Assembly: GCA_015486845.1 (NCBI GenBank)
Contig: WFQU01000007.1
Coordinates: 1 to 27,361, forward strand
Source of the DNA: Anaerolineae bacterium
Lineage (GTDB): Bacteria > Chloroflexota > Anaerolineae > JAADDB01
Length of the DNA stretch: 27,361 nucleotides
Direction: 5' to 3'
A program made the translations under genes and the position numbers. This document shows, piece by piece, positions 26,482 through 27,361 of this stretch (the first letter of the stretch is position 1; every line of letters begins with the position of its first letter). The notes under the pieces are model-generated. The model was not told the origin of the DNA and did not search any database. It saw only the letters and a list, made by a program, of their open reading frames with translations.

Positions 26482-26793
26482 TTATCCGTTGATTGCTGTT
26501 ATTTTCAAAGTGGTTACTTGTTGACGATGGCCTTTTTTGCGACGATAACGTTGCTTGGGTCGGTACTTATAGACCAAGACCTTACGTGTTCTACTTGCGC
26601 CTACGACTTCAGCGGTAACCGTTGCCCCATCAACTGTCGGCCGGCCAATTTTCACGCCATCTTCACCGGCGACCATGAGTACCTGATCTAAAACAACTGT
26701 CTCTCCAACAGAATCAGGCAACTTTTCCACCATGAGGGTATCGCCGACACCGACACGATATTGCTTTCCGCCTGTTGCAATCACTGCATACAT
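26482..26793 (-). CDS. rplU: 50S ribosomal protein L21
   Basis: MYAVIATGGKQYRVGVGDTLMVEKL...KVLVYKYRPKQRYRRKKGHRQ is canonical L21. Confidence 0.9.
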   Translation of the reverse strand: MYAVIATGGKQYRVGVGDTLMVEKLPDSVGETVVLDQVLMVAGEDGVKIGRPTVDGATVTAEVVGASRTRKVLVYKYRPKQRYRRKKGHRQQVTTLKITAING

Positions 26794-26921
26794 AAAACTA
26801 TATCCTCCTTCGCCGCGCCCGCCCCTCGGGACTTAGTACCGGCGGCTACTGTGCTAGTCGAAGCCATTTCTCCGACAAAAGCGCAGGTGTGCACCACGGA
26901 GGCGCCGCCCACGAGCAAGAT

Positions 26922-26950
26922 ATTATAGTGGGGGATGACCCAATTGTCAA
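26922..26950 (-). promoter_or_regulatory. Consensus sigma70 promoter of the rplU-rpmA-rpmE operon
   Basis: On the minus strand: TTGACA (26945-26950), a 17-nt spacer, then TATAAT (26922-26927). This is a perfect -35/-10 pair. The predicted leader to the rplU ATG is about 120 nt. Confidence 0.6.
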
Positions 26951-27055
26951 AATATCATGACCTGCTTTCCCGGCCTATAAGTTCAAGCTCAGCGATTGAA
27001 ACCGCCGCAATAGCTGCGCAGCCGCCCTACGGCGGCTTGCCAAAGCGGATTCTGC

Positions 27056-27361
27056 CTATGCTTTCGTTTTCGCGGCGACCGGCAAGAAATTGTGCCACGG
27101 CATTTGAACGTACTCCCGGCCGAATAACCGCCGAGGCGTGCCCCGGCCACAATTCTGGTTATCGTCAAAAGCGACAGCCTGTAAGCTGTGTTCGCCCGCG
27201 GGCAAAGAAAAAGTGAACGTCAATACCGATTTCTGCGTCATAGTCACCGGATCGCCGTCTAAAAGCAACGATAGCAGTGTTACGCCGCTCTGATCGCTGG
27301 CTATCGTCGTAACGGTCAGCGGAACGCCGGCCCAGGTCGTCGTCAACGGCAATGTCATCGT
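27056..27361 (-). CDS. C-terminal fragment of a protein with an Ig-like/beta-sandwich domain (the gene continues beyond the window edge)
   Basis: The ORF is open to the window end. The segment TVTTIASDQSGVTLLSLLLDGDPVTMTQKSVLTFTFSLPAGEHSLQAVAFDDNQNCG resembles the PBP C-terminal domain LTATVSDPNGIDQVRFRVDSHDLGSATHAPYQIGWVAEAGKHTLAVLALDKAGNWS. Confidence 0.35.
   Translation of the reverse strand, partial: TMTLPLTTTWAGVPLTVTTIASDQSGVTLLSLLLDGDPVTMTQKSVLTFTFSLPAGEHSLQAVAFDDNQNCGRGTPRRLFGREYVQMPWHNFLPVAAKTKA

Noticed and set aside
1-27361. CRISPR array, cas1 or cas2 that would accompany the Cas4-like genes; rRNA or tRNA genes; integrase or transposase genes.
   Set aside because: No regularly spaced direct-repeat array and no ORF with Cas1, Cas2, integrase or transposase signatures was seen. 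The repeats present are palindromic hairpins, not repeat-spacer arrays.

Overview
This 27.4-kb window looks like a chromosomal segment of a moderately GC-rich bacterium. Starts at TTG and GTG are frequent and AGGAGG-type ribosome-binding sites are common. I cannot place the taxon from sequence alone; a Chloroflexota-like anaerobe is a weak guess.

The supplied ORF track writes M for TTG and GTG starts as well as ATG. I checked this at 17565-17567 and 247-249, which are TTG, and at 23611-23613, which is also TTG. I therefore re-examined starts and moved several to internal ATG, GTG or TTG codons that have a ribosome-binding site: etfB, the acyl-CoA dehydrogenase, hutU, the SPFH protein, the PLD-family protein, tdk, the HlyD-family adaptor, the ABC ATPase, the lipoprotein and the Cas4-like N-part.

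Gene content, left to right:
- A VKOR-like membrane protein (minus strand) with a small upstream ORF.
- A bcd-etfB-etfA type acyl-CoA dehydrogenase / electron-transfer flavoprotein operon (minus).
- A divergent alpha/beta-hydrolase and urocanase (hutU) pair (plus).
- A very large class-A penicillin-binding protein whose C-terminal half is a Thr/Pro linker plus beta-sandwich domains, followed after a 12-nt spacer by an orphan RsbW/SpoIIAB-like anti-sigma kinase (plus).
- An SPFH/band-7 protein translationally coupled to a TIGR00725/LOG-like (SLOG) protein (plus).
- A membrane-anchored two-HKD PLD-family protein with a C-terminal OB-fold-like domain, a small unknown protein, and ComEA (plus).
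- A minus-strand cassette of lipoprotein, Cas4-like N-part and Cas4-like C-part. Two nearly identical palindromes with 14-bp stems bracket it, sitting between comEA and tyrS.
- tyrS with a roughly 340-nt structured leader and an intrinsic terminator just upstream of its start codon (minus).
- A standalone RQC-like winged-helix protein (minus).
- A three-gene ABC efflux operon: HlyD-family adaptor, ATPase, and MacB/FtsX-type permease (minus).
- A GH13 alpha-amylase-family enzyme, thymidine kinase, and ribosomal proteins L31, L27 and L21 behind a consensus sigma70 promoter (minus).
- A partial Ig-like-domain gene running off the right edge (minus).

The most unusual feature is a Cas4/DUF83-type PD-(D/E)XK iron-sulfur nuclease whose catalytic and cysteine motifs are split across two translationally coupled, membrane-anchored ORFs. 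I saw no CRISPR array, no cas1 or cas2, and no rRNA or tRNA genes.
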